From Deltaproteobacteria bacterium (GTDB lineage Bacteria; Desulfobacterota; Desulfobacteria; Desulfobacterales; B30-G6), in the NCBI GenBank assembly GCA_024639645.1, contig JAHEIB010000002.1, positions 1-44,276 of the forward strand: a DNA stretch of 44,276 bases. Direction: 5' to 3'. This document shows, one piece after another, positions 8,813 through 17,513 of this stretch. The notes under the pieces are model-generated. The model worked only from the letters and a program-made list of their open reading frames with translations, ran no database searches and was not told the origin of the DNA. The position numbers were made by a program, and so were the translations under genes. Within the stretch, counting starts at the first letter, position 1. Each line of letters begins with the position of its first letter.

Positions 8813-9256
8813 ATGAAAATAGATACAATCACCATCGATATCATCAAACACCTTCAGGACGGTCGGAAATCATTGAAGAAAATCGCGGATGATTTATCCA
8901 TTTCAGAAAACACCGTCCGATCAAGGGTCAACCAGCTAAAAAATGAAGACATTTTATCCATATCCGGCCTGGTGCGTCCAGAAGCTATCCCCGGCCATTG
9001 CTCGGTAATGGTGGGTGTCAAACTTTCAACCATGCATCTGGTTAAAAAGGGTGAAGAATTCAGCCAGCTGAAAGGTGTTGTTTCCGTTAGCGTTGTAACA
9101 GGTCGTTTTGACTTGATCTTGATTGTATTGCTCAAAGATAACTATGGCCTGCTTGAATTTTATACCGAGCAGGTTGCGCGGATAAAAGATGTCCAATCGG
9201 TTGAAACATTTGTGGTTTATAAAAGCTATGGCTTGAAGCTTCCCTATATTCTATAG
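8813..9256 (+). CDS. Lrp/AsnC-family transcriptional regulator
   Basis: 147 aa with an N-terminal HTH (DIIKHLQDGRKSLKKIADDLSISENTVRSRVNQL) and a C-terminal RAM/AsnC_trans_reg-like domain. It is the first gene of the gcv operon. Confidence 0.85.
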   Translation: MKIDTITIDIIKHLQDGRKSLKKIADDLSISENTVRSRVNQLKNEDILSISGLVRPEAIPGHCSVMVGVKLSTMHLVKKGEEFSQLKGVVSVSVVTGRFDLILIVLLKDNYGLLEFYTEQVARIKDVQSVETFVVYKSYGLKLPYIL

Positions 9257-9286
9257 CCGGACTATTTCATGAAAAGGAGCTGATTC

Positions 9287-11935
9287 ATGAACAATCTTTT
9301 CAAAACAATCTTGCATGATCGCCATGTCGACCTGGGTGCCCAGATGGTTGAATTCGGGGGCTGGGTTATGCCCATACAGTATCAACAGGGAATCGTCCGG
9401 GAACACCTTGCCACAAGACGGTATGCCGGTCTTTTTGATGTATCGCATATGGGCCGATTCACCTTCCAGGGGCAGGATGCCCTGACGTTTTTACAGCATG
9501 TCCTTTCCAACAATGCCTCTGGGCTCGAGGAAGGAGAAAGCCAGTATACCTTAATTCCAAATGACAGCGGCGGCGCCATCGACGATGCCTATCTTTACCG
9601 CTTTTATGCCGATGAATACCTGCTGGTGGTCAATGCCGGCAACCGTCTCAAAGATTGGGATCACTTTCAGGCCTGCCTGCCTGATTTCAAAAATGTCACC
9701 ATGGCGGACAAAACTGAAGACATCTCCATGCTGAGCCTGCAGGGACCGACATCCAAAGATATTCTCCAAAATATAATAGATACCGGTGCGCTTCCGGAAC
9801 CCATGCGAAACCATCTCAGCATCACCACCATTCAAAACAAAAAAGTGCTTATCGCACGTACAGGATACACCGGAGAGCCCCTCTGTTTTGAGCTCTTTAT
9901 CGACAGCACCGACACACCCCCTATCTGGGACCTGTTGATCGATCAGGGAGCCCATCCTGTTGGACTGGGTGCGCGGGATACCCTCAGACTTGAAGCAGGT
10001 CTTCCCTTGTACGGACACGAACTGGGAATGGATCCGGACAACAAGGAAATTCCGATCTACGCGTCACCCCTATCACGATTTGCAGTAAGTCTGTCCCCCT
10101 TGAAAAAAGATTTTATCGGTCGAAAAGCCCTTGAAAAACAATTTCAAGCCTTTAAAAAAATTGTCGATCAAGACTATTCTGCCATACATGATCTCCCGCG
10201 CTGCATTATGCCGGTGGCATTGAAAAAGAAGGGCGTGGCGCGCGCCGGATACAACGTTTTTCAGGAGAATCGTCATGTCGGATATGTCACCAGCGGCACC
10301 ATGATTCCAAGATGGAAAATCGAGGGGGAGGGCATCTTCTCAAAATTGACCGAGAGCCACGATCTCAGGGGAATCTGTCTGGCACTGTTAGACAGTACCC
10401 TGATGGAGGGTGATGACATCGACATCGAGATCCGGGGAAAACAGGCGCCGGCAGTTGTCGTTCCCTTTCACATGCGGAGCGAGGCGCCGCCTTTTGCCAG
10501 GTCCATCCCCTGGGACAAGATCGGACAGGAAAAAAAATCACCAGGAGAAGATGATATTTCCGGCAACGTTCAATCTCTGTTAAAAAAATCGATTCGAAAT
10601 ACAAAATGGCGCCAAGAGGAATGCATCAATCTCATCCCTTCCGAACAAACCCAGTCCGAACTCGTACGCTTGCTCTCCATCATGGACCCCTGTGGACGCT
10701 ATGCCGAGCACAAACAGGTGGGTGCCTTCAGTGAAGCCGAGGTTTTTTATTACCAGGGAACCGATTTTATAGCCGAAGTCGAGGCAAAACTCGAAACAGA
10801 GTTAAAAAAGTTCTTTGGGTGTCAGCAGGTGGAAACCCGTCTGGTTTCAGGGCAGATGGCCAACATGGCTCTGTTCAGCGCCCTGGTTGACTATATCAAT
10901 CGGAGCGACCGGAAAAATGAACAGCGACGGCTCAGGAAGGTGATGAACAACCATATCATCAAGGGCGGCCATTTGAGCGCACAGCCAATGGGGGCATTGA
11001 GAGACTTTGTGGCCCGGGACCCTTTGTCTGAGAAACCGGCGGTGATCAATTTTCCGGTCCTGCCTGAAAACCCCTATAAAATTGACATCGATGCCTGTGA
11101 GACTCTCATTCAAAAACACGCGCCGGAGCTGTTTATCTTTGGTAAAAGCATGGTTCTCCACAGGGAGCCCCTTGCAGAAGTGCGCCGGATAATCGATGGT
11201 CTGGGTATGGATTCGATTATCATGTACGACATGGCACATGTTCTGGGTCTGGTGGGCCCCCACTTTCAAGAACCTTTTAAAGAAGGTGCGGATTTTATAA
11301 CGGGGTCTACCCATAAAACCTATTTCGGAACACAGCGGGGTATCATCGGCACAGATATCAAGGATGAAGACCCCCGGTTCGAACTATGGGAAGCCGTCAA
11401 ACGCCGGTCATTTCCTGGAAGTGTCAGCAATCATCACCTGGGAACACTTTTGGGGCTTCTGATGGCGGCCTATGAGATGAACCATTTCAAAGACAGTTAC
11501 CCTAAAAAAGTGATCGACAACGCCAGTGTCTTTGCCAAAGCGCTGAACGACTGCGGGTTAAGCGTGGCCGGCGATCCGGAAATCTCTTTTACAGAAACCC
11601 ACCAAGTTATACTCAATGTGGGCTATGCAAAGGGACCTGAGATTGCCAGGAAACTGGAAGAGAACAATCTCATCGTCAACTACCAGGCAGCTCCGGTGGA
11701 AGAAGGCTTTACGGCATCCGGATCCCTTCGCATGGGTGTACAGGAAATGACGCGTTTTGGTATGGAGGCTGCGGATTTCGAAGAACTGGCACAATTGTTC
11801 AAGGATGTTCTGGTGGATAACCGAACCGTCAAGGAAGCCGTTATAGCATTTCGCAAACGTTTTCTTGAGATGAAGTTCTGTTTTACGGCGGATCAGATTG
11901 GAGACAATATTCAGAAGTTGCACGAGCTGCTATAA
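9287..11935 (+). CDS. gcvT: bifunctional fusion: aminomethyltransferase (glycine-cleavage T protein) N-terminal half joined to a serine hydroxymethyltransferase-like C-terminal half
   Basis: 882 aa with an AGGAG RBS. Residues 1 to about 405 carry GcvT hallmarks (GGWVMPIQY, LFDVSHMGRF, GARDTLRLEAGLPLYGHEL). Residues about 440-882 carry SHMT hallmarks (WRQEECINLIPSEQ compared with RQ..LELIASEN, the PLP-lysine motif GSTHKTYFGTQRG, and SVSNHHLG). There is no in-frame stop between the halves. Confidence 0.85.
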   Translation: MNNLFKTILHDRHVDLGAQMVEFGGWVMPIQYQQGIVREHLATRRYAGLFDVSHMGRFTFQGQDALTFLQHVLSNNASGLEEGESQYTLIPNDSGGAIDDAYLYRFYADEYLLVVNAGNRLKDWDHFQACLPDFKNVTMADKTEDISMLSLQGPTSKDILQNIIDTGALPEPMRNHLSITTIQNKKVLIARTGYTGEPLCFELFIDSTDTPPIWDLLIDQGAHPVGLGARDTLRLEAGLPLYGHELGMDPDNKEIPIYASPLSRFAVSLSPLKKDFIGRKALEKQFQAFKKIVDQDYSAIHDLPRCIMPVALKKKGVARAGYNVFQENRHVGYVTSGTMIPRWKIEGEGIFSKLTESHDLRGICLALLDSTLMEGDDIDIEIRGKQAPAVVVPFHMRSEAPPFARSIPWDKIGQEKKSPGEDDISGNVQSLLKKSIRNTKWRQEECINLIPSEQTQSELVRLLSIMDPCGRYAEHKQVGAFSEAEVFYYQGTDFIAEVEAKLETELKKFFGCQQVETRLVSGQMANMALFSALVDYINRSDRKNEQRRLRKVMNNHIIKGGHLSAQPMGALRDFVARDPLSEKPAVINFPVLPENPYKIDIDACETLIQKHAPELFIFGKSMVLHREPLAEVRRIIDGLGMDSIIMYDMAHVLGLVGPHFQEPFKEGADFITGSTHKTYFGTQRGIIGTDIKDEDPRFELWEAVKRRSFPGSVSNHHLGTLLGLLMAAYEMNHFKDSYPKKVIDNASVFAKALNDCGLSVAGDPEISFTETHQVILNVGYAKGPEIARKLEENNLIVNYQAAPVEEGFTASGSLRMGVQEMTRFGMEAADFEELAQLFKDVLVDNRTVKEAVIAFRKRFLEMKFCFTADQIGDNIQKLHELL

Positions 11936-12038
11936 GCGATAAGCCATAAGCTGTAAGCGGCTTATTGCTTATAGCTTACAGCTCATTACTTAAAACCTAA
12001 CACCTAACACCTAAAACAACTTTTCACAGGAGACTGCC

Positions 12039-12437
12039 ATGAAAGAATTGAGTGAACTTAATTTTCCTGACGATGTCATGTATTCCGATGATCACGAATG
12101 GACAAAAATGGAAAACGACGAAGCCGTCATCGGCATAAGCGATTATGCGCAGGATCAGCTGGGAGACATCGTTTTTGTCGAACTGCCCCAGGTTGGCGAA
12201 ACATTTGAAAAAGGCGCCGAGTTCGGTACGGTGGAATCCGTCAAGGCCGTATCCGAGCTATTCCTGCCTGTAGGTGGCGAAATTATTGCTGTCAATGACG
12301 CCCTGGAAGACACGCCGGAACTGGTCAACAACGAACCCTACACCGGAGGGTGGATGCTCCGGATCAAGCTCAGCGATAAATCCGAATTGGATCAGTTGAT
12401 GAATAAAAGCGCTTATCTCGAATCATTGAAAGGGTGA
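12039..12437 (+). CDS. gcvH: glycine cleavage system H protein
   Basis: 132 aa with the lipoyl-lysine motif GTVESVKAVSEL and a typical N-terminus (YSDDHEW) and C-terminus. Confidence 0.93.
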   Translation: MKELSELNFPDDVMYSDDHEWTKMENDEAVIGISDYAQDQLGDIVFVELPQVGETFEKGAEFGTVESVKAVSELFLPVGGEIIAVNDALEDTPELVNNEPYTGGWMLRIKLSDKSELDQLMNKSAYLESLKG

Positions 12438-12441
12438 TAGC

Positions 12442-13776
12442 ATGAGATATTTACCACACACGCAAGAAGATATCGCCGATATGCTGAAGACCATCGGTGT
12501 TGATAGCCTGAATGACCTGTTTACAACCATTCCGGAAGATTGCCGCAGAAAAACGGACCTCAAACTGCCCAAGGCCAAGACCGAGTGGGAACTGAACCAC
12601 CATATGAGCGGACTGGCTGCCCAGATGGCGGTCTGCCCGGATTACACGGTGTTCATCGGTGCCGGCAGTTATGATCATTATATACCGGAAGTGGTCAAAC
12701 AGCTTCTGAGCCGCTCCGAGTTTTACACGGCCTATACCCCTTATCAACCGGAAATGAGCCAGGGCACCCTTCAAGCCATTTATGAATACCAGACGCTTAC
12801 CACACGTCTTTTGGGATTGGACGTGGCCAATGCCTCCATGTATGACGGGGCTTCGTCTCTGGCGGAAGCGCTCCTGATGTCCATCCGTATTACCCGGCGG
12901 AAAAAAGTGGCTATCTCCCGTCTCATCCATCCCCTGTATCGACAGGTGGTTCGAACATACTTCGCTCCCACCGGCTTCGAAGTAGTGGAACTCCCCGTTT
13001 CAGATTCCGGCCAAACAGATATGACCGGCCTGGAAGATATGGAGACGTTTGCCTGCGTAGCCGTTCAATCACCCAACTATTTTGGTTGTATTGAAAACCT
13101 GGCCGCCTTTGAGGAAAAAATCCACTCGGACAGCAAAACACTCTTCATCGTCTCCTTCACAGAACCCCTTGCCTATGGTGTATTAAAAAACCCGGGCAGC
13201 CTCGGTGCAGACATTGCCTGCGGTGAGGGACAGAGTCTGGGCATCCCCAGATCTTTCGGCGGCCCCGGTCTTGGCATGTTTGCAGCCAAAAAGGGCTATA
13301 TGAGAAATATGCCCGGCAGGCTCGTCGGCCAGACATTGGATATTGAAGGCAAGCGAGGTTTTGTCTTGACCCTCTCCACCAGGGAGCAACATATTCGCCG
13401 GGAAAAAGCTACGTCGAACATCTGTTCTAATCAAGGCTTGTGCGCCACCGCCGCGGCCATGTATATGGCAACGCTGGGGGGCACCGGCATTCGAAAGCTG
13501 GCCGCATTAAATCACGACAAAGCCGCTTATCTGCAAGGTCTACTTAAAAATGCCGGGTTTGAAATCCCATTTGATACACCCGTATTCAACGAGTTTGTGG
13601 TCAAATTTCCAAAAGACTTTAAGAAAACCTATACAAACCTGCTATCCAAAAAAATAGTGCCTGGACTATCACTGACACCGGATTATCCCGAGTTTCCAGA
13701 TCACTATCTATTGTGTGCCACAGAAACCATGGACAAGGCGGATATGGACCTGTTGGTCAAGGAGGTGACATCATGA
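12442..13776 (+). CDS. gcvPA: glycine dehydrogenase (aminomethyl-transferring) subunit 1
   Basis: 444 aa with the N-terminus MRYLPHT..D...ML and the motif YTPYQPEMSQGTLQAIYEYQT. It starts 4 nt after gcvH. Confidence 0.93.
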   Translation: MRYLPHTQEDIADMLKTIGVDSLNDLFTTIPEDCRRKTDLKLPKAKTEWELNHHMSGLAAQMAVCPDYTVFIGAGSYDHYIPEVVKQLLSRSEFYTAYTPYQPEMSQGTLQAIYEYQTLTTRLLGLDVANASMYDGASSLAEALLMSIRITRRKKVAISRLIHPLYRQVVRTYFAPTGFEVVELPVSDSGQTDMTGLEDMETFACVAVQSPNYFGCIENLAAFEEKIHSDSKTLFIVSFTEPLAYGVLKNPGSLGADIACGEGQSLGIPRSFGGPGLGMFAAKKGYMRNMPGRLVGQTLDIEGKRGFVLTLSTREQHIRREKATSNICSNQGLCATAAAMYMATLGGTGIRKLAALNHDKAAYLQGLLKNAGFEIPFDTPVFNEFVVKFPKDFKKTYTNLLSKKIVPGLSLTPDYPEFPDHYLLCATETMDKADMDLLVKEVTS

Positions 13777-15227
13777 AGGAAGGCGTCGGAACCACGGGTC
13801 TGATACTCAATGAGCCCTTTTTATGGGAAAAAGGCAAAAAAGGACGAATGGGCTTCTCTTTGCCCAACAACGATGTTCCGTCATCCCCTCTGGTTGCGGA
13901 GCTGCTCGGAGAAGGACCTGATTTTCCAGATCTGAGCGAAGTCGATGTGGTGAGACATTACACCCGTCTTTCCACCTGGAACTTCGGGGTGGACAGCGGC
14001 ATGTACCCCCTGGGATCCTGCACCATGAAGTACAATCCCAAAACCAATGAACGCCAGGCATCGCTCCCGGGTCTGGCACAGGCCCATCCACTGTTACCGA
14101 CCGAATTGGCGCAGGGTGCGCTCAAAATCATGTTTGATCTTCAGGAGCATCTGGCCGAAATAACCGGACTGCCGGCCGTCTCACTACAGCCTGCCGCTGG
14201 TGCCCAGGGTGAACTTACCGGCATGCTTCTGTTTTACGCTTTTCACATGATGAACAAAGAAAGACGAACCAAAATCCTCATACCGGACACAGCCCATGGT
14301 ACCAACCCTGCGAGTGCCGCCCTGTGTGGCTTCCGATCGGTTCCCGTTGCATCCAATGCTCAGGGAGTTCTTGCACCGGATGATGTGGAGGCCCTCATGG
14401 ATGAGGACACGGCCGGCATCATGGTCACGAATCCCAACACACTGGGTCTCTTTGAAGAACATATCAAACAGATATCTGAAATCGTGCATACCAAAGGCGG
14501 TCTTGTATACGCAGATGGCGCCAACATGAACGCTGTAATGGGTATGGTGAACATGGCCGACTTGGGTGTGGATGTCCTGCACCTCAATCTTCACAAAACA
14601 TTTTCAACCCCCCATGGCGGCGGTGGACCCGGCAGTGGTCCGGTTTGCGTCACTAAAAAACTCGAACCCTTTTTGCCGGTACCCAGGGTGATGCATGTTA
14701 AGAACCGTTATGAACTCTCTTATGATTTCCCGGAATCCATTGGCAAGGTTCACGCATTTTATGGAAATTTCGGAATCCAAATTCGTGCCTATTCCTATAT
14801 TCTCTCTATGGGCGACCAGTTGAAAACAGCAAGTCAGCTGGCGGTGCTGAACGCCAATTATTTGAAAGAAAGCCTACGGGATATTTTTCACCTGCCCTAT
14901 GACAAACCTTGTATGCATGAGTGCGTCTTCACGGACAAACATCAACAAGCATTCAAGGTGAGCACACTGGACATTGCCAAGCGACTGATAGATTATGGGT
15001 TTCATCCCCCCACCATATACTTCCCTCTCGTGGTTCAGGGTGCGTTGATGATGGAGCCAACGGAAACAGAATCCAAGGAGAATCTGGATGATTTTATCGA
15101 AGCCCTGAGACAGATTGTTCAAGAGGCCAAGGATAATCCGGAGCTGCTGTTGCAGGCCCCCATCAAAACCAAGGTACGGCGGCTGGACGAAACCATGGCC
15201 GCACGAAAACCCTGTCTGGCGGGTTAA
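13773..15227 (+). CDS. gcvPB: glycine dehydrogenase (aminomethyl-transferring) subunit 2
   Basis: Taken from ORF 13713..15227, with the start moved to ATG 13773 (AAGGAGG RBS; ATGA overlap with the gcvPA stop). It has the PLP-lysine motif LNLHKTFSTPHGGGGPG. Confidence 0.93.
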   Translation: MKEGVGTTGLILNEPFLWEKGKKGRMGFSLPNNDVPSSPLVAELLGEGPDFPDLSEVDVVRHYTRLSTWNFGVDSGMYPLGSCTMKYNPKTNERQASLPGLAQAHPLLPTELAQGALKIMFDLQEHLAEITGLPAVSLQPAAGAQGELTGMLLFYAFHMMNKERRTKILIPDTAHGTNPASAALCGFRSVPVASNAQGVLAPDDVEALMDEDTAGIMVTNPNTLGLFEEHIKQISEIVHTKGGLVYADGANMNAVMGMVNMADLGVDVLHLNLHKTFSTPHGGGGPGSGPVCVTKKLEPFLPVPRVMHVKNRYELSYDFPESIGKVHAFYGNFGIQIRAYSYILSMGDQLKTASQLAVLNANYLKESLRDIFHLPYDKPCMHECVFTDKHQQAFKVSTLDIAKRLIDYGFHPPTIYFPLVVQGALMMEPTETESKENLDDFIEALRQIVQEAKDNPELLLQAPIKTKVRRLDETMAARKPCLAG

Positions 15228-15301
15228 CCCGGATATTTTTGTCATATGATGATAAGCAGAAAACCACCCCTTGTGTTTTATGACAGATTCGGGTCAACCG
15301 G

Positions 15302-16015
15302 ATGGTAAAGCATCAGCCTCCCACCCGGACCTTGGCCTGCTGGTGCCTGGATCTCAAGACAATGGCTTATCAGGAGGCCTGGGAATTCCAACAAGCCGTG
15401 GTCAGGGCTAAAATTGAAAAGAATTTTTCTCAGGATGTCATTCTGTTCGTGGAACACGCTCCGGTTTTTACACTGGGCCGCAGGGGGGGGCTTGAAAACC
15501 TGACCGTTTCCGAAGCGTTTTTGGAAGCATCAGGCATCCAGGTGATACAGGTGGAAAGAGGGGGGGACATTACCTACCATGGTCCCGGCCAGCTGGTGGT
15601 CTACCCTGTCCTGGATCTGGACCGTCAACGACTCGGTATCACTGAACTGGTTTTCATGCTCGAAGAAATCATGATCCGCGTTTCCAAAACCCTCGGCGTC
15701 CATGCGGTGCGAAATCCCAGGAATCGTGGTGTCTGGGTTGGTAAAAAAAAGATTGGCAGCATCGGACTTGCTGTCCGAAAGGGATTCAGCTTTCATGGAA
15801 TGGCGCTGAACGTCAACCTTTCTATGACGCCTTTCGAATGGATTCACCCCTGTGGTCTTGCCAATGTCTCCATGACGTCCCTCGAAAAAGAATTATCTGA
15901 AAGACCTTCCATGCAGGCGGTACAGAAACTGACCAAACAACATTTAAAAGATGTGTTCGGGCGGTCTTTAGAGGCGATTACGCGAGAGCAATTGGATAGG
16001 TTGATAAAGTTGTAA
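15302..16015 (+). CDS. lipB: lipoyl(octanoyl) transferase
   Basis: 237 aa with the motifs RGGDITYHGPGQLVVYP, GKKKIGSIGLAV and HPCG (catalytic Cys). Confidence 0.88.
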   Translation: MVKHQPPTRTLACWCLDLKTMAYQEAWEFQQAVVRAKIEKNFSQDVILFVEHAPVFTLGRRGGLENLTVSEAFLEASGIQVIQVERGGDITYHGPGQLVVYPVLDLDRQRLGITELVFMLEEIMIRVSKTLGVHAVRNPRNRGVWVGKKKIGSIGLAVRKGFSFHGMALNVNLSMTPFEWIHPCGLANVSMTSLEKELSERPSMQAVQKLTKQHLKDVFGRSLEAITREQLDRLIKL

Positions 16016-16194
16016 GCTGCAAGCGATAAGCCGTAAGCTGTTTTCCGTTTACAGCCTTTCCTCGAGCCGTGTCCTGTTATTGGGTTCGTTGGGTTCATTG
16101 CGTTTTTTGGGTTATTATGTTGTCTTCAGCCCTTAGCCCTAAAACCGCTCATGGCTAATCGCTTATGGCTTAAAGCTTAAAGCTCGGAGAAACC

Positions 16195-17061
16195 ATGTCA
16201 CACAAAGTGCTGAAAAAGCCTGCTTGGCTAAAACGGCGGATGACCGCGGGATCGGATTATGAAAAAGTTCGTGCGCTCATCGAAAACTGCCATCTGCACA
16301 CGGTTTGCCAGGAAGCCCATTGCCCCAATATCTGGGAGTGCTTTTCCAGAGAAACGGCCACCTTTCTCATTCTGGGGGACCGTTGTACCCGAAATTGCAG
16401 GTTTTGTGCCGTTGCCCAAGGCCCCCAAGAGCCGCCGGATCCAGAAGAGCCTGACCATGTTGCTTTGGCCGTTCAAGAACTAAAACTGGCCTACGTGGTC
16501 ATCACCTCCGTGACCCGCGATGATTTGCCAGATGGTGGTGCAGGCCATTTTGCAAGGACTATCCAGGCGGTAAGAAACAAATGCCCAGGGGTTGGTATCG
16601 AGGTACTGATTCCAGACTTTAAGGGAAAACGACACGCATGGCAGACCGTCCTTGACGCACGACCTAATGTTTTGAATCACAACATGGAAACCGTCCAGCG
16701 TCTCTACCCGCTGGTTAGACCAGAGGCAGATTACGGTCAATCTTTAGATCTTATCAGGTATGCCGCAAACAACGGGCATGGTATTTCCACAAAATCGGGT
16801 CTGATGCTGGGATTGGGAGAAAGCAATCAAGAAATCGTGACAGCATTTTCAGACCTCATCCGAGCTGGATGTCATATCTTAACCCTGGGTCAATACCTGC
16901 AACCCACCAAAGAACATCTCCCCGTAGATCGATTTGTGCCCCCAGATGCGTTTGATGAACTCAAAAAAATTGCCCTAGAAATGGGTTTCAGCGATGTAGC
17001 CGCAGACCCGTTTGTGCGCAGCTCCTATCGGGCCAAGGAATTATTTAAGGGTAGGTTTTAA
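16195..17061 (+). CDS. lipA: lipoyl synthase (radical SAM)
   Basis: 288 aa with auxiliary-cluster cysteines (CQEAHCPNIWEC), the radical-SAM motif CTRNCRFC and the C-terminal RSSYRA. Confidence 0.93.
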   Translation: MSHKVLKKPAWLKRRMTAGSDYEKVRALIENCHLHTVCQEAHCPNIWECFSRETATFLILGDRCTRNCRFCAVAQGPQEPPDPEEPDHVALAVQELKLAYVVITSVTRDDLPDGGAGHFARTIQAVRNKCPGVGIEVLIPDFKGKRHAWQTVLDARPNVLNHNMETVQRLYPLVRPEADYGQSLDLIRYAANNGHGISTKSGLMLGLGESNQEIVTAFSDLIRAGCHILTLGQYLQPTKEHLPVDRFVPPDAFDELKKIALEMGFSDVAADPFVRSSYRAKELFKGRF

Positions 17062-17513
17062 CTCAACTTTCGAGATTTAGAGCTGTTGTCATAAATATGT
17101 TCCGTTTGACTTCTGGCTGGCGCTTCGGCGGGTGACGGCAAACAGCCGATCGCCTGTTTGAAGCAAATTTGCGATCGTTTAAAAGGCCATGGGGTTGGAT
17201 TCGTTCTATTGTAATCAAACACTGTTAACCAGACAATCGTATCTTAATCTTTTGGCACGGGTGTTCCTTACGAACGCTTATTTGCAAGTTCGAGCGGTTG
17301 TTTGACCTGATTTGCCGAAGCAGTTTCGGATCGTTATTCTGGCAAATGCTATAGATAACGAAAAATAAATAATCCCCCGTCGCTTTGCAAACTCGCCATT
17401 GGGTCACCCATTTCGCTCAATTTATGCTAAAACCCGAAAGTTGAGCTTTAAGCTGTCAGACAAGAAGATTTTTTGAAGAGAAAAACCCAGTATCGCACGT
17501 TCTCATTCGTTTT

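Noticed and set aside
10500-10620. The GcvT-SHMT fusion as two genes coupled by an internal start
   Set aside because: There is no in-frame ATG, GTG or TTG with an RBS in the linker. The only remaining risk is a homopolymer-length error, which I kept as a caveat rather than a rejection of the fusion.
13713-13772. N-terminal extensions given by the ORF track (13713, 22207, 35035, 5677, 6650, 23435, 32887, 41595, 619)
   Set aside because: In each case an internal ATG has a good Shine-Dalgarno sequence and aligns with the expected family N-terminus. The extensions run through repeats or overlap the upstream gene.
17253-17267. Second sigma-54-like motif, TGGCACgggtgTTCC
   Set aside because: The critical -12 GC is CC at the required spacing, and no plus-strand gene lies downstream.
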